From Candidatus Saccharibacteria bacterium UBA5145 (GTDB lineage: Bacteria > Patescibacteriota > Saccharimonadia > Saccharimonadales > UBA4665): DNA of 64,000 nt. The notes below the pieces were generated by a model. That model was not told where the DNA came from. It saw nothing but the letters and a program-made list of their open reading frames with translations, and searched no databases. Of this stretch, positions 48,710 through 59,074 are shown in pieces (within the stretch, counting starts at the first letter, position 1; each line of letters opens with the position of its first letter). Location: contig DHXX01000012.1 of the NCBI GenBank assembly GCA_002413865.1, forward strand, positions 20,241 through 84,240, written 5' to 3'. The position numbers and the translations under genes are program-made.

Positions 48710-49108
48710 ATGATCTTGAAAGATAAACATTTTAGAATCTTACGTTTTTTAGTTTCTGGTGGTTTGGCGGCTATAGTTGAGGGAAGTTCGTTTTTATTAC
48801 TCCATCACTTGAAACTACCAATAATTCTTGCAAATACGGTCAGCTTTTTATGTGGATTAATTGTGAGTTTTCTTATGAATAAGTTGTGGGTGTTTGCCAA
48901 TAAGGGTGACACCTCACTTCAGCTCATCCTTTATTTTACCCTTGCCGGAGTAAACCTCGTCCTGAGTAATCTTATAATCTGGCTGCTGGTGAACGAGACG
49001 CCCGCCGCTCCGCTAATTGCAAAGATATTTACGATGATAGTTATTGCAGCGTGGAATTATGCATTTTTTTCGAAACTTATTTTTAAAGACCGCCATATAG
49101 ATGCCTAG
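48710..49108 (+). CDS. GtrA family flippase
   Basis: RFLVSGG, SFLMNKLWVF, WNYAFFSKLIF. Confidence 0.88.
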   Translation: MILKDKHFRILRFLVSGGLAAIVEGSSFLLLHHLKLPIILANTVSFLCGLIVSFLMNKLWVFANKGDTSLQLILYFTLAGVNLVLSNLIIWLLVNETPAAPLIAKIFTMIVIAAWNYAFFSKLIFKDRHIDA

Positions 49109-49467
49109 TTCTTATTGTCTTTCGACAGCCTGATTGAAAGTTCCTGATGTAAATCTTGGACGCGTCGTTCCAAAGCTTCAAGTTTGATGCGCGAACGATT
49201 CGCTATAAATAGCACCAGTATGATGCCAGTAATTTGCATGACATCGAATAAACTGAGCGGCTCTGTATGGGTGAGGCTATTCGAGAACAAAAAATCGTAA
49301 ATAAGTTTGGTGGATGCAATGCCGGTAAAGATTACGAGCCAAATTATAATCTGGCCGATGAGCTTTTTCTTGGGGTACTTTCCCATCTTGTAATCAACCA
49401 GAGCGCTTAAGAGCGCAGCTATAACGAGGGGGGTGTTCAATAGTACAAGTATCAAATACCTACTCAC
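49105..49467 (-). CDS. DUF2304-like small membrane protein
   Basis: Three TM helices plus C-terminal LERRVQDLHQELSI coiled coil; coupled to upstream GT2. Confidence 0.6.
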   Translation of the reverse strand: MSRYLILVLLNTPLVIAALLSALVDYKMGKYPKKKLIGQIIIWLVIFTGIASTKLIYDFLFSNSLTHTEPLSLFDVMQITGIILVLFIANRSRIKLEALERRVQDLHQELSIRLSKDNKN

Positions 49468-50176
49468 TGAACATCTCCACGATCCGTCTTCTTAATAAGA
49501 CTTTAACGATATTGAAACCATTCCAGTTGTTTTGGCCCTTAGCACTGGAGTATTCCGTATAGATAGCTTTGATTGGAAATTCATCAATATTTAACCTGAT
49601 TTGTTTGGCGCGCCACAACATTTCGGAGCAAAACTCGTAGCCGCTCGTTTTCCACTTCAGCCCGGACAGGGCGCGCTTGGAGAACACGCGGAGGCCGGAC
49701 TGCGAGTCGGTGACGTTAATACCAAACAATACGTAAGTAATGAAGCTTAGGCCTGTATTGCCGAGAATCTTAACGCGCGACATGCCGGCTTTGTTCATCA
49801 GGCGGCTGCCAATCAGCAGATCAACCTCGCTCTTGGCTAATATGTAGAGGCCTTTTAAGACATCTTCGGCGGCGTGCTGGCCGTCGGCATCGGAAGTGGT
49901 GGCCATGTCAAAATCATTTTGATAGGCGTAGCTGAGGCCGGTGGCGGTGGCGCCACCGCTGCCGGTATTGAGGATGTGCTTGATGACGTAGGCACCGGCC
50001 TTTTGGGCTTCAGCAATGGTATTATCCCGAGAAGCATCATCGACGACGATAATTCTATAGTCGTAGCCAGAATTCTTGAAAGTAGCATGCAAATCACTGA
50101 TGACGCTGCCAATAACCGTACCTTCATTGTAGGCGGGGATAACCAGGGCGACCTTCTTTATAGTGTGACTCGACAT
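49460..50176 (-). CDS. DPM1-like GT2 (polyprenyl-phosphate glycosyltransferase)
   Basis: VIPAYNE, VVDDASRD, DADGQH, IGSR, TDSQSGLR. Confidence 0.9.
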   Translation of the reverse strand: MSSHTIKKVALVIPAYNEGTVIGSVISDLHATFKNSGYDYRIIVVDDASRDNTIAEAQKAGAYVIKHILNTGSGGATATGLSYAYQNDFDMATTSDADGQHAAEDVLKGLYILAKSEVDLLIGSRLMNKAGMSRVKILGNTGLSFITYVLFGINVTDSQSGLRVFSKRALSGLKWKTSGYEFCSEMLWRAKQIRLNIDEFPIKAIYTEYSSAKGQNNWNGFNIVKVLLRRRIVEMFSE

Positions 50177-50179
50177 ACT

Positions 50180-50331
50180 CTAGTTTAATTTTAGCAAATA
50201 TTTGCCATATCCGCTCTTATTCAGGGGTTCGGCTATGGTCTCGAGTTGGTCTTTGGTGATAAAGCCTTGGCGGAAAGCGGCTTCTTCGATACAACCGATC
50301 TTGATGCCGGTACGCTTTTCGATGACGCGGA
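50180..50331 (-). pseudogene. Orphan duplicate of the rfbA 3' end (~49 codons)
   Basis: [25 protein letters not shown]...[12 protein letters not shown] versus rfb[26 protein letters not shown]...[12 protein letters not shown]. Confidence 0.88.
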
Positions 50332-50499
50332 GGGAAGATAGGCTAGCCGGAGTTTTAACAATCAAGCGCTAACGAATTACATAGAAAATCACATAGTACT
50401 GAAACTGTTAACATAGAATTCACATGGCTTGGATCCCAGCCTGCGCTGGGATGACGGGACGCACAACACGTGGGTTAGGCTAGGGCTTTGAGCTGGTAC

Positions 50500-51648
50500 C
50501 TAGTCATCATCAGCCGTAAAAAGCGATACGTAGCGATCGTACACGTATTTCTGGCCGTACGTACCGGCTTCGTCGCGCGGCTTCAGAATATCAAGCTCAA
50601 TCAGCCGATTAATGACTTTATAAGCTCCCGGTCGCGAAAACCCCGTCCACTTAACAATGTCGGCGACACCGACGGTGGGCAGGCTATACAGTTGCCTGAC
50701 GACGTTTATGACTGTCGGGGCGGCGACTTTTCCAAGGCCTTGAGCTTTGCGCATGTCCGCTTCGCGTAACCTCGTCACCTGTTGGCAAGTGTGGATAGCC
50801 GACTGGGCAATTTCAATGATGCCATCTATAAAAAACTCAACCCAGGGAAGTATCTGGCTGGGCTCGGCGTGGTAGGCATCGAGGCGCTCGTAATAAACTG
50901 CTTGGTGTTTTTTGAAGTATGCGGACAAGTATAAAAGGGGCATTTCGAGCAATTTTTCGTGCCATAAGTACATCGTAACCAACATCCGACCGGTGCGCCC
51001 ATTACCATCGGCAAACGGGTGGATGGTCTCAAATTGGGCGTGCAACATAGCTGCTTTAACAAGCGGCAGGTAATCGTCTTCGGCATGAATGAAGACCTCT
51101 AAATCATTCAGCGATTGGTGCATTTCGTGAACTGGCGGTGGCACAAAGCTGGCATTGCCCGGGCGTGTCCCGCCGATCCAGTTTTGCGAATGTCTAAATT
51201 CTCCGGGATAGGCATTGTGAGTGCTGCGCGCCCCGAGCATGAGTTTTCCGTGCAGTTCCGTTATTAAACGCAGGTTAAAGGGGAACGTTTTAGCCCGATG
51301 TAAACCATAGTTAAGCGCATCTATATAGTGCAAAATGTCGTCGACATCGGCCGGCAGACCAGTGCCACGCTCGACGTTGGCCGCCTCGATGGCGTCCATC
51401 ATCGTCGCTTTGGTACCCTCTATTTGGCTAGATGAAGAAGCGTCCTTCCTAACAAACATCTCTAAAAAGTAGTCTCTATCTGGCAGCAACTCGGCTATGC
51501 CATCTAATTTGCCCAATAGCCGAATGGCTTCGGTGTGCTTGACTACCAATTCTCGGCTGAGCGGGATGCCGACTACTGGCGGAAAAGGGCTCGGGATAAA
51601 AGCCTTGAAGCCAGCCGTCTGTTGGACATACGTTCCGATATCACTCAT
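50500..51648 (-). CDS. Fic family protein with N-terminal inhibitory motif and C-terminal HTH
   Basis: SSQIEG motif, HPFADGNGRTGR, C-terminal VADIVKWTGFSRPGAYKVINRL. Confidence 0.92.
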   Translation of the reverse strand: MSDIGTYVQQTAGFKAFIPSPFPPVVGIPLSRELVVKHTEAIRLLGKLDGIAELLPDRDYFLEMFVRKDASSSSQIEGTKATMMDAIEAANVERGTGLPADVDDILHYIDALNYGLHRAKTFPFNLRLITELHGKLMLGARSTHNAYPGEFRHSQNWIGGTRPGNASFVPPPVHEMHQSLNDLEVFIHAEDDYLPLVKAAMLHAQFETIHPFADGNGRTGRMLVTMYLWHEKLLEMPLLYLSAYFKKHQAVYYERLDAYHAEPSQILPWVEFFIDGIIEIAQSAIHTCQQVTRLREADMRKAQGLGKVAAPTVINVVRQLYSLPTVGVADIVKWTGFSRPGAYKVINRLIELDILKPRDEAGTYGQKYVYDRYVSLFTADDD

Positions 51649-51653
51649 TGCTT

Positions 51654-51724
51654 TGTTTACATCCTATTAACTAATGTAAACAATATAGCACTTTTTGTTT
51701 ACATTAACAATAGCAATGTAAACA
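51654..51724. promoter_or_regulatory. Twin palindromic operators upstream of fic
   Basis: TGTTTACAT-N11-ATGTAAACA at 51654-51682 and 51696-51724. Confidence 0.75.
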
Positions 51725-51753
51725 CCTTGCTTAGAGTCAGTTCACTCGCCGCC

Positions 51754-51916
51754 GTCATCCCAAATCACTAACGCTGTCATTCCAAACTCTCAACCCCGTC
51801 ATCCCAAACTCTCAACCCCGTCATCCCAAACTTGATTTGGGATCCAATCGATATAGAACTCATTATTGACTGGGTCCCAGCTTTCGCTGGGATGACAACG
51901 AGGGTGCTGGGATGAC
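51754..51916. repeat. Family A pair with stuttered partial arms
   Basis: Repeated GTCATCCCAAA units, full pair 51820-51895, extra GCTGGGATGAC. Confidence 0.88.
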
Positions 51917-51951
51917 TAAGGGGTGGCCCAGGACGGCAAATGGCTCGCCGG

Positions 51952-52809
51952 TTAGTTGAGGCGGAGGAGATATTTTCCGTAACCGCTCTTTTGGAGGGGT
52001 TCGGCTAGGGTTTTGAGCTCGGCGGTGGTGATGAAACCTTGGCGGTAGGCGGCTTCTTCGATACAGCCGATTTTGATGCCGGTGCGCTTTTCGATAACCC
52101 GGATGTATTCGCTGGCGTCGTTCATTGATCCAAAGGTGCCGGTATCGAGCCAGGCCGAACCGCGCTCCATGGTCTGGACTTTTAGCTTGCCGCGCTTGAG
52201 ATATTCTTCGTTGACGCTGGTGATTTCTAGTTCGCCGCGGTCGCTCGGCTGGATGTTCTTGGCGATCTCGACGACGTCGTTATCATAAAAGTAGAGGCCG
52301 ACGACGGCGAAGTTGGATTTGGGCTGGGCTGGCTTTTCTTCGATCGAGACGGCGTGGTTTTGGGCGTCGAACTCGACGACACCGTAGCGGGCCGGGTCGG
52401 AAACTTCGTAAGCAAAGACAGTGCCGCCATCGGGGTCGGAACAGCCTTTCAGACTAGCGCCGAAAGCCTCGCCGTAGAAGATGTTGTCACCGAGGATCAG
52501 GGCGACCTTATCGTCGCCGATAAAGTCTTCGCCGATTATAAAGGCCTGGGCCAGGCCGTCGGGCGAGGGCTGGGCGGCGTACTGCAGCTTGATGCCGAGC
52601 TCGCTGCCGTCACCGAGCAGGCGCTGGAACTGGGATTGGTCGTCGGGCGTGGTGATAATCAGGATGTCGCGGATACCGGCTTGCAGCAGCGTGCTGAGCG
52701 GGTAGTAGATCATCGGCTTGTCGTAGATCGGCATCAGCTGCTTGGAGATGCCTTTGGTAATGGGGTAGAGACGGCTGCCTGAACCGCCGGCTAAGATTAT
52801 GCCTTTCAC
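51952..52809 (-). CDS. rfbA: Glucose-1-phosphate thymidylyltransferase
   Basis: [46 protein letters not shown] start overlapping rfbD stop. Confidence 0.97.
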   Translation of the reverse strand: MKGIILAGGSGSRLYPITKGISKQLMPIYDKPMIYYPLSTLLQAGIRDILIITTPDDQSQFQRLLGDGSELGIKLQYAAQPSPDGLAQAFIIGEDFIGDDKVALILGDNIFYGEAFGASLKGCSDPDGGTVFAYEVSDPARYGVVEFDAQNHAVSIEEKPAQPKSNFAVVGLYFYDNDVVEIAKNIQPSDRGELEITSVNEEYLKRGKLKVQTMERGSAWLDTGTFGSMNDASEYIRVIEKRTGIKIGCIEEAAYRQGFITTAELKTLAEPLQKSGYGKYLLRLN

Positions 52810-53660
52810 TTCGCTAACTCCTTCTGAATATATGTGCTTAAGTCTTCGTGCCAATCGTGTCCAGTATACCCAGTCGCTGCTAGTTTGCTGAGGTCCATGA
52901 TGCTGTTGAGCGGTCGGGGGGCGATACCGTCTTTGCCGGCGTAGTATTCGGCGGTCGAGGTATCGGTGACTGCTAGGTCATAACCGGCGACTGTGAAGAT
53001 GAGGCGGGTAATGTCGGCCCAGCTGGCCGGCTCGCCGCTGTTGGTGGCGTTGTAGGTACCGTAGGCGGCGTTGGTGGTAACGAGGTGGTCAATTATGGCG
53101 ACGAGCTCGCTAGTGAAGGTCAGGCGGCCGATTTGGTCGCTGACGACGGTCGGGGCGATGCCGCGCTGGCCGAGGCCCAGCATGATGCCGACGAAGTTCT
53201 TGCCCTCGCCGATCACCCAGGTGGCGCGCAGCAGGTAGTGCTTAGGGGCGAGGGCCACGGCGATATCGCCGGCGGCTTTGCTTTGGCCGTAGACGCTGAG
53301 TGGGCTGTAGTCTTCAGTCTCGGTGTGCGGGTTGAGGGTGCCGTCAAAAACGTAATCGCTCGAGATGTGGACGAGGGTGATGTCGTTTAGTGATGCAATC
53401 TGCGCCAGGTTGGCGGCGCCATTTGCGTTGATTTTCCAGGCCAGTGGGCGACCATCGGCGGTTTCGGCACCGTCGACGTTGGTATAAGCGGCAGCGTTGA
53501 TGATAGTTTTGACGCTCGACCAGTCAAAGTCGGCCAATTGCTGGGCGGCGGTGATGTCGAGCAGGTTGCTATCGACGGCTTGGGCGGCGGGGTACTTGGC
53601 TTGCAGGGCGCGGCCCAGTTGGCCGTTGGCACCGATGATTAACAGGCCGGCTTGGTCCAC
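52806..53660 (-). CDS. rfbD: dTDP-4-dehydrorhamnose reductase
   Basis: [31 protein letters not shown]. Confidence 0.95.
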   Translation of the reverse strand: MDQAGLLIIGANGQLGRALQAKYPAAQAVDSNLLDITAAQQLADFDWSSVKTIINAAAYTNVDGAETADGRPLAWKINANGAANLAQIASLNDITLVHISSDYVFDGTLNPHTETEDYSPLSVYGQSKAAGDIAVALAPKHYLLRATWVIGEGKNFVGIMLGLGQRGIAPTVVSDQIGRLTFTSELVAIIDHLVTTNAAYGTYNATNSGEPASWADITRLIFTVAGYDLAVTDTSTAEYYAGKDGIAPRPLNSIMDLSKLAATGYTGHDWHEDLSTYIQKELAK

Positions 53661-53661
53661 T

Positions 53662-54231
53662 CTAAAACTCCATCGGAATGACATCTTTTAATAAGGGGTG
53701 GGCGGCGTCTTTGGCTGAAAAAATGGCCTGGGCTTGGGCAATCGGCCAAGCAATGTCGAGGGCCGGGTCAAAGGCGTTGACGAAGGTGTATTTGGCTTCC
53801 GGCGACCAGTGGGCGTTGACGAGATAGGTGTAGTTGACGCCCTCGTCGAGGGTTTGGTAGCCGTTGGCGACGCCGCGTGGTACGTAGACGGCGGTGCCGG
53901 GGTTGATCTCGAGCGTTAGGCTTTGGCCGAAGGTCGGGCCTTTACGCAGGTCGACCCAAGCGCCAAAGACGCGGCCGTTGGCGACCGAGATATATTTGTC
54001 CCACGGTTCGGCGTGCAAGCCGCGGGTGACGCCGACTTCGACGTTATATGAAAAGTTGTTCTGGACGACATCGAAGGGCGGTAGGCCGAGAGCTTCCAGC
54101 TTGGCTTTTTGGTAGTTTTCTTTGAACCAACCGCGTTCGTCGCCGTGGACGGGCAGCTCAATTTTATAAAAGCCGGGGATGACCGTCTCGCTGACGCGCA
54201 GTTCGTTGTAATCGGCCGGGTCAAAACTCAT
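53662..54231 (-). CDS. rfbC: dTDP-4-dehydrorhamnose 3,5-epimerase
   Basis: DERGWFKE, RGLHAEPWDK, VDLR, GVANGYQTL. Confidence 0.95.
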   Translation of the reverse strand: MSFDPADYNELRVSETVIPGFYKIELPVHGDERGWFKENYQKAKLEALGLPPFDVVQNNFSYNVEVGVTRGLHAEPWDKYISVANGRVFGAWVDLRKGPTFGQSLTLEINPGTAVYVPRGVANGYQTLDEGVNYTYLVNAHWSPEAKYTFVNAFDPALDIAWPIAQAQAIFSAKDAAHPLLKDVIPMEF

Positions 54232-54299
54232 TAGTACGATTGTACCATTTACTGACGGCTACCCGGTGTCAATTATCGTCAGGGCAACCCCCTGTAGTT

Positions 54300-54432
54300 G
54301 TCATTCTGAGCAAAGCGAAGAATCTGAGCTGTTGTTGGTAGCGCAGATCCTTCGCCTGCGGCTCAGGATGACGGAGGTGGCGGCTCAGGATGACGGCGTA
54401 CTTTGTCGTCCCAAACTTGGTTTGGGTCCAAT
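54300..54432. repeat. Family B pair plus degenerate family A half
   Basis: GTCATTCTGAGCAAAGCGAAGAATCTG...CAGATCCTTCGCCTGCGGCTCAGGATGAC; GTCGTCCCAAACTTGGTTTGGGTCCAA. Confidence 0.85.
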
Positions 54433-54463
54433 CGATAAGGTCTCTATTTGTAGTTCAGCCAGC

Positions 54464-54979
54464 TTAGCTCGGGAACAAACGCTGCAATGCTTGGATGCCG
54501 AGCTGGATATCTTGGTCGTGTAGTAGTGATAGGTCGAGCCCGCACAGCGGTAATGACTGGATGCCGGCGACGTCGTCGCGAGGGGTGAGTGCCGCAGTGG
54601 TGGTCAGCCGGGTCCAAAAGAAGACGGTGATGACGGGCAATACTTCGCCCTTGAACGGGTACTGGCCGGCGCCACTGGTTAAGTAGCGCAGAGGCTCATA
54701 ATCGGCTGGGGTGAGCGCTAATTCTTCGGTTAGTTCGCGGCTGGCGGCGGCCTCGAAGGTCTCATCACCGTCCAGGAATCCGCCAAACGAATCGAGCATG
54801 CCCTTATGCGGCTCGATGCCGCGGACGGCCAGCAGGACGCGGTTATCGGCGGTTACAAAGAAGACACCGACCGTCGGCGTGGCATTGGCATAAATCGGGT
54901 GTTGATTGGCGCACTGGAAGGCGTGCGGCCCGGTCGGCGTGAGGGGTGTGCCGCAGCGGCGGCAAGCGGTCATCTCCAT
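54464..54979 (-). CDS. NUDIX hydrolase with N-terminal zinc ribbon
   Basis: CRRCG...CANQH; GGFLDGDETFEAAASRELTEE. Confidence 0.88.
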   Translation of the reverse strand: MEMTACRRCGTPLTPTGPHAFQCANQHPIYANATPTVGVFFVTADNRVLLAVRGIEPHKGMLDSFGGFLDGDETFEAAASRELTEELALTPADYEPLRYLTSGAGQYPFKGEVLPVITVFFWTRLTTTAALTPRDDVAGIQSLPLCGLDLSLLHDQDIQLGIQALQRLFPS

Positions 54980-54988
54980 GAGTCGGCG

Positions 54989-56020
<1,032 letters not shown>

Positions 56021-56055
56021 TCACCACTTAAGTTATAGACTTTCAACTTATCACT

Positions 56056-56168
56056 GTCATCCCAGCGAAAGCTGGGACCCAGTATATATCTTGTAGCGTT
56101 AGCTACTCCAAAAGAGCTACATAAAGGAACTTGTTATTGACTGGGTCCCAGCTTTCGCTGGGATGACA
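56056..56168. repeat. Family A paired element (reverse orientation), flanked by family C fragments
   Basis: GTCATCCCAGCGAAAGCTGGGACCCAGT...TTGTAGCGTTAGCTACTC...ACTGGGTCCCAGCTTTCGCTGGGATGAC. Confidence 0.92.
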
Positions 56169-56315
56169 GCAGCAGGCGTGGAATGATGAGAGAGGGGTGG
56201 CTGCAGCCAACTTTATAACTTTCAACTTGCTAAACTCTTCCCCCGAACCGAGCTTCTGCCATGCCTTATGCCGGCCGCTCTGGTATGATGAACGGATGAT
56301 TAGAAGACTCCAAAA

Positions 56316-57395
56316 GTGAAAATTATCGTGACAGCTGGCGGCCAAGGCACCAAGATGTGGCCCTATTCGCGTCAGGATAAGCCCAAGCAATTCCAGTCGA
56401 TCATCGGCGACGTATCGTCCTACGAACAGACAATCAAGACTCTTCTCAAGGAGTTTACGCCCGAGGATATCTACATATCGACCAAGCGTAAGTTTATCAA
56501 GTACGTCTCCGAACAATCGCCCCAAATTCCGCTCAAGAACTATATCGTCGAGCCCGATGTCGCTAAGGACCGCGGGCCGGGCGAGGGCCTGGCCTTTGTG
56601 CGCCTCAGTATCAATCATCCGAATGAACCGTTTTTTATCGTCCAAGCTGATTGCCTGCGCGACCCCGAAGAAGGCTTCTTGCAGATGATACGCGAAGCCG
56701 AAGCGCTCGTTACCGAGCACAAGCAGCTGGTGACGGGCGGCATCAAGGCAACGGAGCCCGACATGGGCGTCGATTACCTGCGACTCGGCGCCGGCGTGCC
56801 CAAGACGCGCGAGGGTTATATGATCGACAAATTCCTATTCCGCCGTAGCAATGTCCGCGAAACACGTAAGCTGATCGGTAATTTCCACGTGGTGGCCCAC
56901 TGTAACCACACTTGCTGGTATCCCGAGCTAATGCTGGAAGCCTACAAGCAATACCGCCCCGACTGGTACGAGGCGCTCATGAAGATCAAAGACTGCATGG
57001 ACAAACCGGGCGAGAACGAAGCCATCGAGAAAATATACGCCGAGATGGAAAAAGGTCCGACCGAAGATGTCACGAATCATGTCATGAACAGTGGCAAAGC
57101 CATGGTGATTCTGCTGCCCTACAACTGGACCGATGTCGGGACCTGGGGGTCGGTGTATGACTTCTTCGAAGACGGCGTCGACAACTACGAAGACGGCAAC
57201 GTCATTGCCGTCGGCACCACGGGTTCACTGATCAAGACTAGCAACAAGAACAAGCTGATTGCCGTCGCCGGACTGCAGGATATGATCGTGGTCGATACCG
57301 AGGACGCGCTGCTCGTAATCCCCAAAGATGACATCGATAAAATCAAAGAGTTGCAGAAAATACTAGCCGAGCGTAGTGAAACCGAATATCTATAA
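56316..57395 (+). CDS. manC: Mannose-1-phosphate guanylyltransferase-like nucleotidyltransferase
   Basis: AGGQGTKMWPYSR..KPKQF, IVEP, WTDVGTW, VVDTEDALLV. Confidence 0.8.
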   Translation: MKIIVTAGGQGTKMWPYSRQDKPKQFQSIIGDVSSYEQTIKTLLKEFTPEDIYISTKRKFIKYVSEQSPQIPLKNYIVEPDVAKDRGPGEGLAFVRLSINHPNEPFFIVQADCLRDPEEGFLQMIREAEALVTEHKQLVTGGIKATEPDMGVDYLRLGAGVPKTREGYMIDKFLFRRSNVRETRKLIGNFHVVAHCNHTCWYPELMLEAYKQYRPDWYEALMKIKDCMDKPGENEAIEKIYAEMEKGPTEDVTNHVMNSGKAMVILLPYNWTDVGTWGSVYDFFEDGVDNYEDGNVIAVGTTGSLIKTSNKNKLIAVAGLQDMIVVDTEDALLVIPKDDIDKIKELQKILAERSETEYL

Positions 57396-57413
57396 AGCAC
57401 AAGGAGTATTGAA

Positions 57414-58166
57414 GTGAAAAAAGTTATAGCATTTGATTTGGATGATACCTTGGCGATTACCAAGTCACCAATCGACGACCGGATGGGGGTGCTGCTGACC
57501 CGGCTGCTTGATAAGTTTGACGTTTGTATTATTTCAGGCGGTAAGTTCGAACAGTTTAAGAAGCAAGTCATTGACCGCCTGCAGGCCACGCCGCAGCAGC
57601 TGAGCCATATGCACCTGATGCCGACCTGTGGGACGCGCTACTACCGGTATGACGAGGTTACCAGCGAATGGGCGCAACAATATGCCGAAGATTTAACCGA
57701 GCAGCAAAAGACAACGATCACGGCGGCTCTCGAAAAAGCTGCCAAAGAGCTTGGCTATTGGGAAGCGGCACCGGCCGGGGAGATCATCGAAGACCGCGGT
57801 AGCCAGATCACCTATTCGGCGCTGGGCCAGCAGGCCACCGCCGCGGCTAAATACGCCTGGGATCCAGACGGTACTAAGAAACAGAAGTTGCGGGCTTTGG
57901 CCGCCAAAGAGCTGATCGACCTAGAAGTGCGCGCCGGCGGTACGACGTCGATTGACGTGACGCGCATCGGTATTGATAAGGCTTACGGTATGCACAAGCT
58001 CATCCAAGAGCTACAGATTAGCAAAGAGGACATCCTATTCTTGGGCGATAAGCTCCAGGAGGGCGGCAACGACTACCCCGTGAAGGCCATGGGCATCGAC
58101 AGCCTAGAGGTCGATCGCTGGGAAGACACGGCGCTGGCGCTGGAGGCTATCCTGCACGTCCTTTAG
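57414..58166 (+). CDS. HAD-IIB family phosphomannomutase-like enzyme
   Basis: FDLDDTL, IEDRGSQIT, GGTTSIDVT, FLGDKLQEGGNDYP. Confidence 0.82.
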   Translation: MKKVIAFDLDDTLAITKSPIDDRMGVLLTRLLDKFDVCIISGGKFEQFKKQVIDRLQATPQQLSHMHLMPTCGTRYYRYDEVTSEWAQQYAEDLTEQQKTTITAALEKAAKELGYWEAAPAGEIIEDRGSQITYSALGQQATAAAKYAWDPDGTKKQKLRALAAKELIDLEVRAGGTTSIDVTRIGIDKAYGMHKLIQELQISKEDILFLGDKLQEGGNDYPVKAMGIDSLEVDRWEDTALALEAILHVL

Positions 58167-58171
58167 GGTAT

Positions 58172-58350
58172 GTAGTTAGATAGTGAAATAGTGGATAGGA
58201 AATAGGAAATAGGAATAGCTTCAGCAGCAGCATTGTCATCCTGAACGGAGTGAAGGATCTACCCTAGACAAGTCCAAGCTCAGATCCTTCGCTTACGCTC
58301 AGAATGACGAAGAGCCAAAGTCCGAGATAACTTTCAACTTTATAAACTTA
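58172..58350. repeat. Composite block: family D array, family B pair (58235-58308), family C half
   Basis: ATAGGAAATAGGAAATAGGAA; GTCATCCTGAACGGAGTGAAGGATCT...AGATCCTTCGCTTACGCTCAGAATGAC; AACTTTCAACTTTATAAACTT. Confidence 0.85.
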
Positions 58351-58370
58351 GATAGGGGCAGAGGATTTCA

Positions 58371-58886
58371 ATGAGTAACGATGACATCCAAAAGACAGCA
58401 GAACTGCTTAAGAAGCTCGAGCCGGGCTTTTTGCCGTTTCCGATATTTGAACAGGTGGCCCGGCTGGTGGCCCTACCAATTGTTGAATTTATCCCGCTGC
58501 GCCGCAGTAACGGCCAAACCGAGGTCTTGCTGATCGCCCGACCCGACGACGACGTCTTGTTTCCTGGCTTGTTGCACACGCCGGGGACGGTGGTGCGGGC
58601 CACTGATATTTCCCGTGAGGGCGGCACCGATTGGGTGCCTTTTGAGCGTATTCTGCGCGAAGAATTGTTCGATACCGAAGTCGGTCCCCCGCACTTTTTC
58701 GGCAGCCAACTTCACGCCAGCAAACGCGGCGCCGAACAGGCCCAACTCTATTGGGTAGAAGTATTGGCGGCGCCAAAAATCGGCGAATTTTACGCCGTCG
58801 ATCAACTACCGACCGGCCTCATCGAGTCGCAGCTCATTTTTATCAACGAAGCCGTCAAGCACTTCGACCGCCACCACTCCGCCTGA
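58371..58886 (+). CDS. Degenerate NUDIX-fold protein
   Basis: EVLLIARP...LHTPGTV...ERILREEL; resembles sugar-nucleotide hydrolases. Confidence 0.55.
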   Translation: MSNDDIQKTAELLKKLEPGFLPFPIFEQVARLVALPIVEFIPLRRSNGQTEVLLIARPDDDVLFPGLLHTPGTVVRATDISREGGTDWVPFERILREELFDTEVGPPHFFGSQLHASKRGAEQAQLYWVEVLAAPKIGEFYAVDQLPTGLIESQLIFINEAVKHFDRHHSA

Positions 58887-58932
58887 GCCGGTCAGACCGT
58901 TCGGTCAACCATTGTCACGTTCGGTTAACTAT

Positions 58933-59069
58933 TGTCATCCCAGCGAAAGCTGGGACCCAGTCAATCAAACAATCCTTTTTATAAGCTTTTAGTAGAGTAG
59001 CTAGCGCTACAAAATATGTACTGGGTCCCAGCTTTCGCTGGGATGACATAGGAGGGGGCTGGGATGACA
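58933..59069. repeat. Family A paired element
   Basis: Perfect arms with core GAGTAGCTAGCGCTACAA. Confidence 0.92.
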
Positions 59070-59074
59070 GGGTG

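Noticed and set aside
50375..50428. Direct repeat ACATAGAA(A)(A/T)TCACAT near the rfbA fragment
   Set aside because: Only two imperfect copies; could be a junction scar or operator relic but not supportable
51754..51916. Regularly spaced GTCATCCCAAA units as a CRISPR array
   Set aside because: Units are partial palindrome arms with short, duplicated spacers
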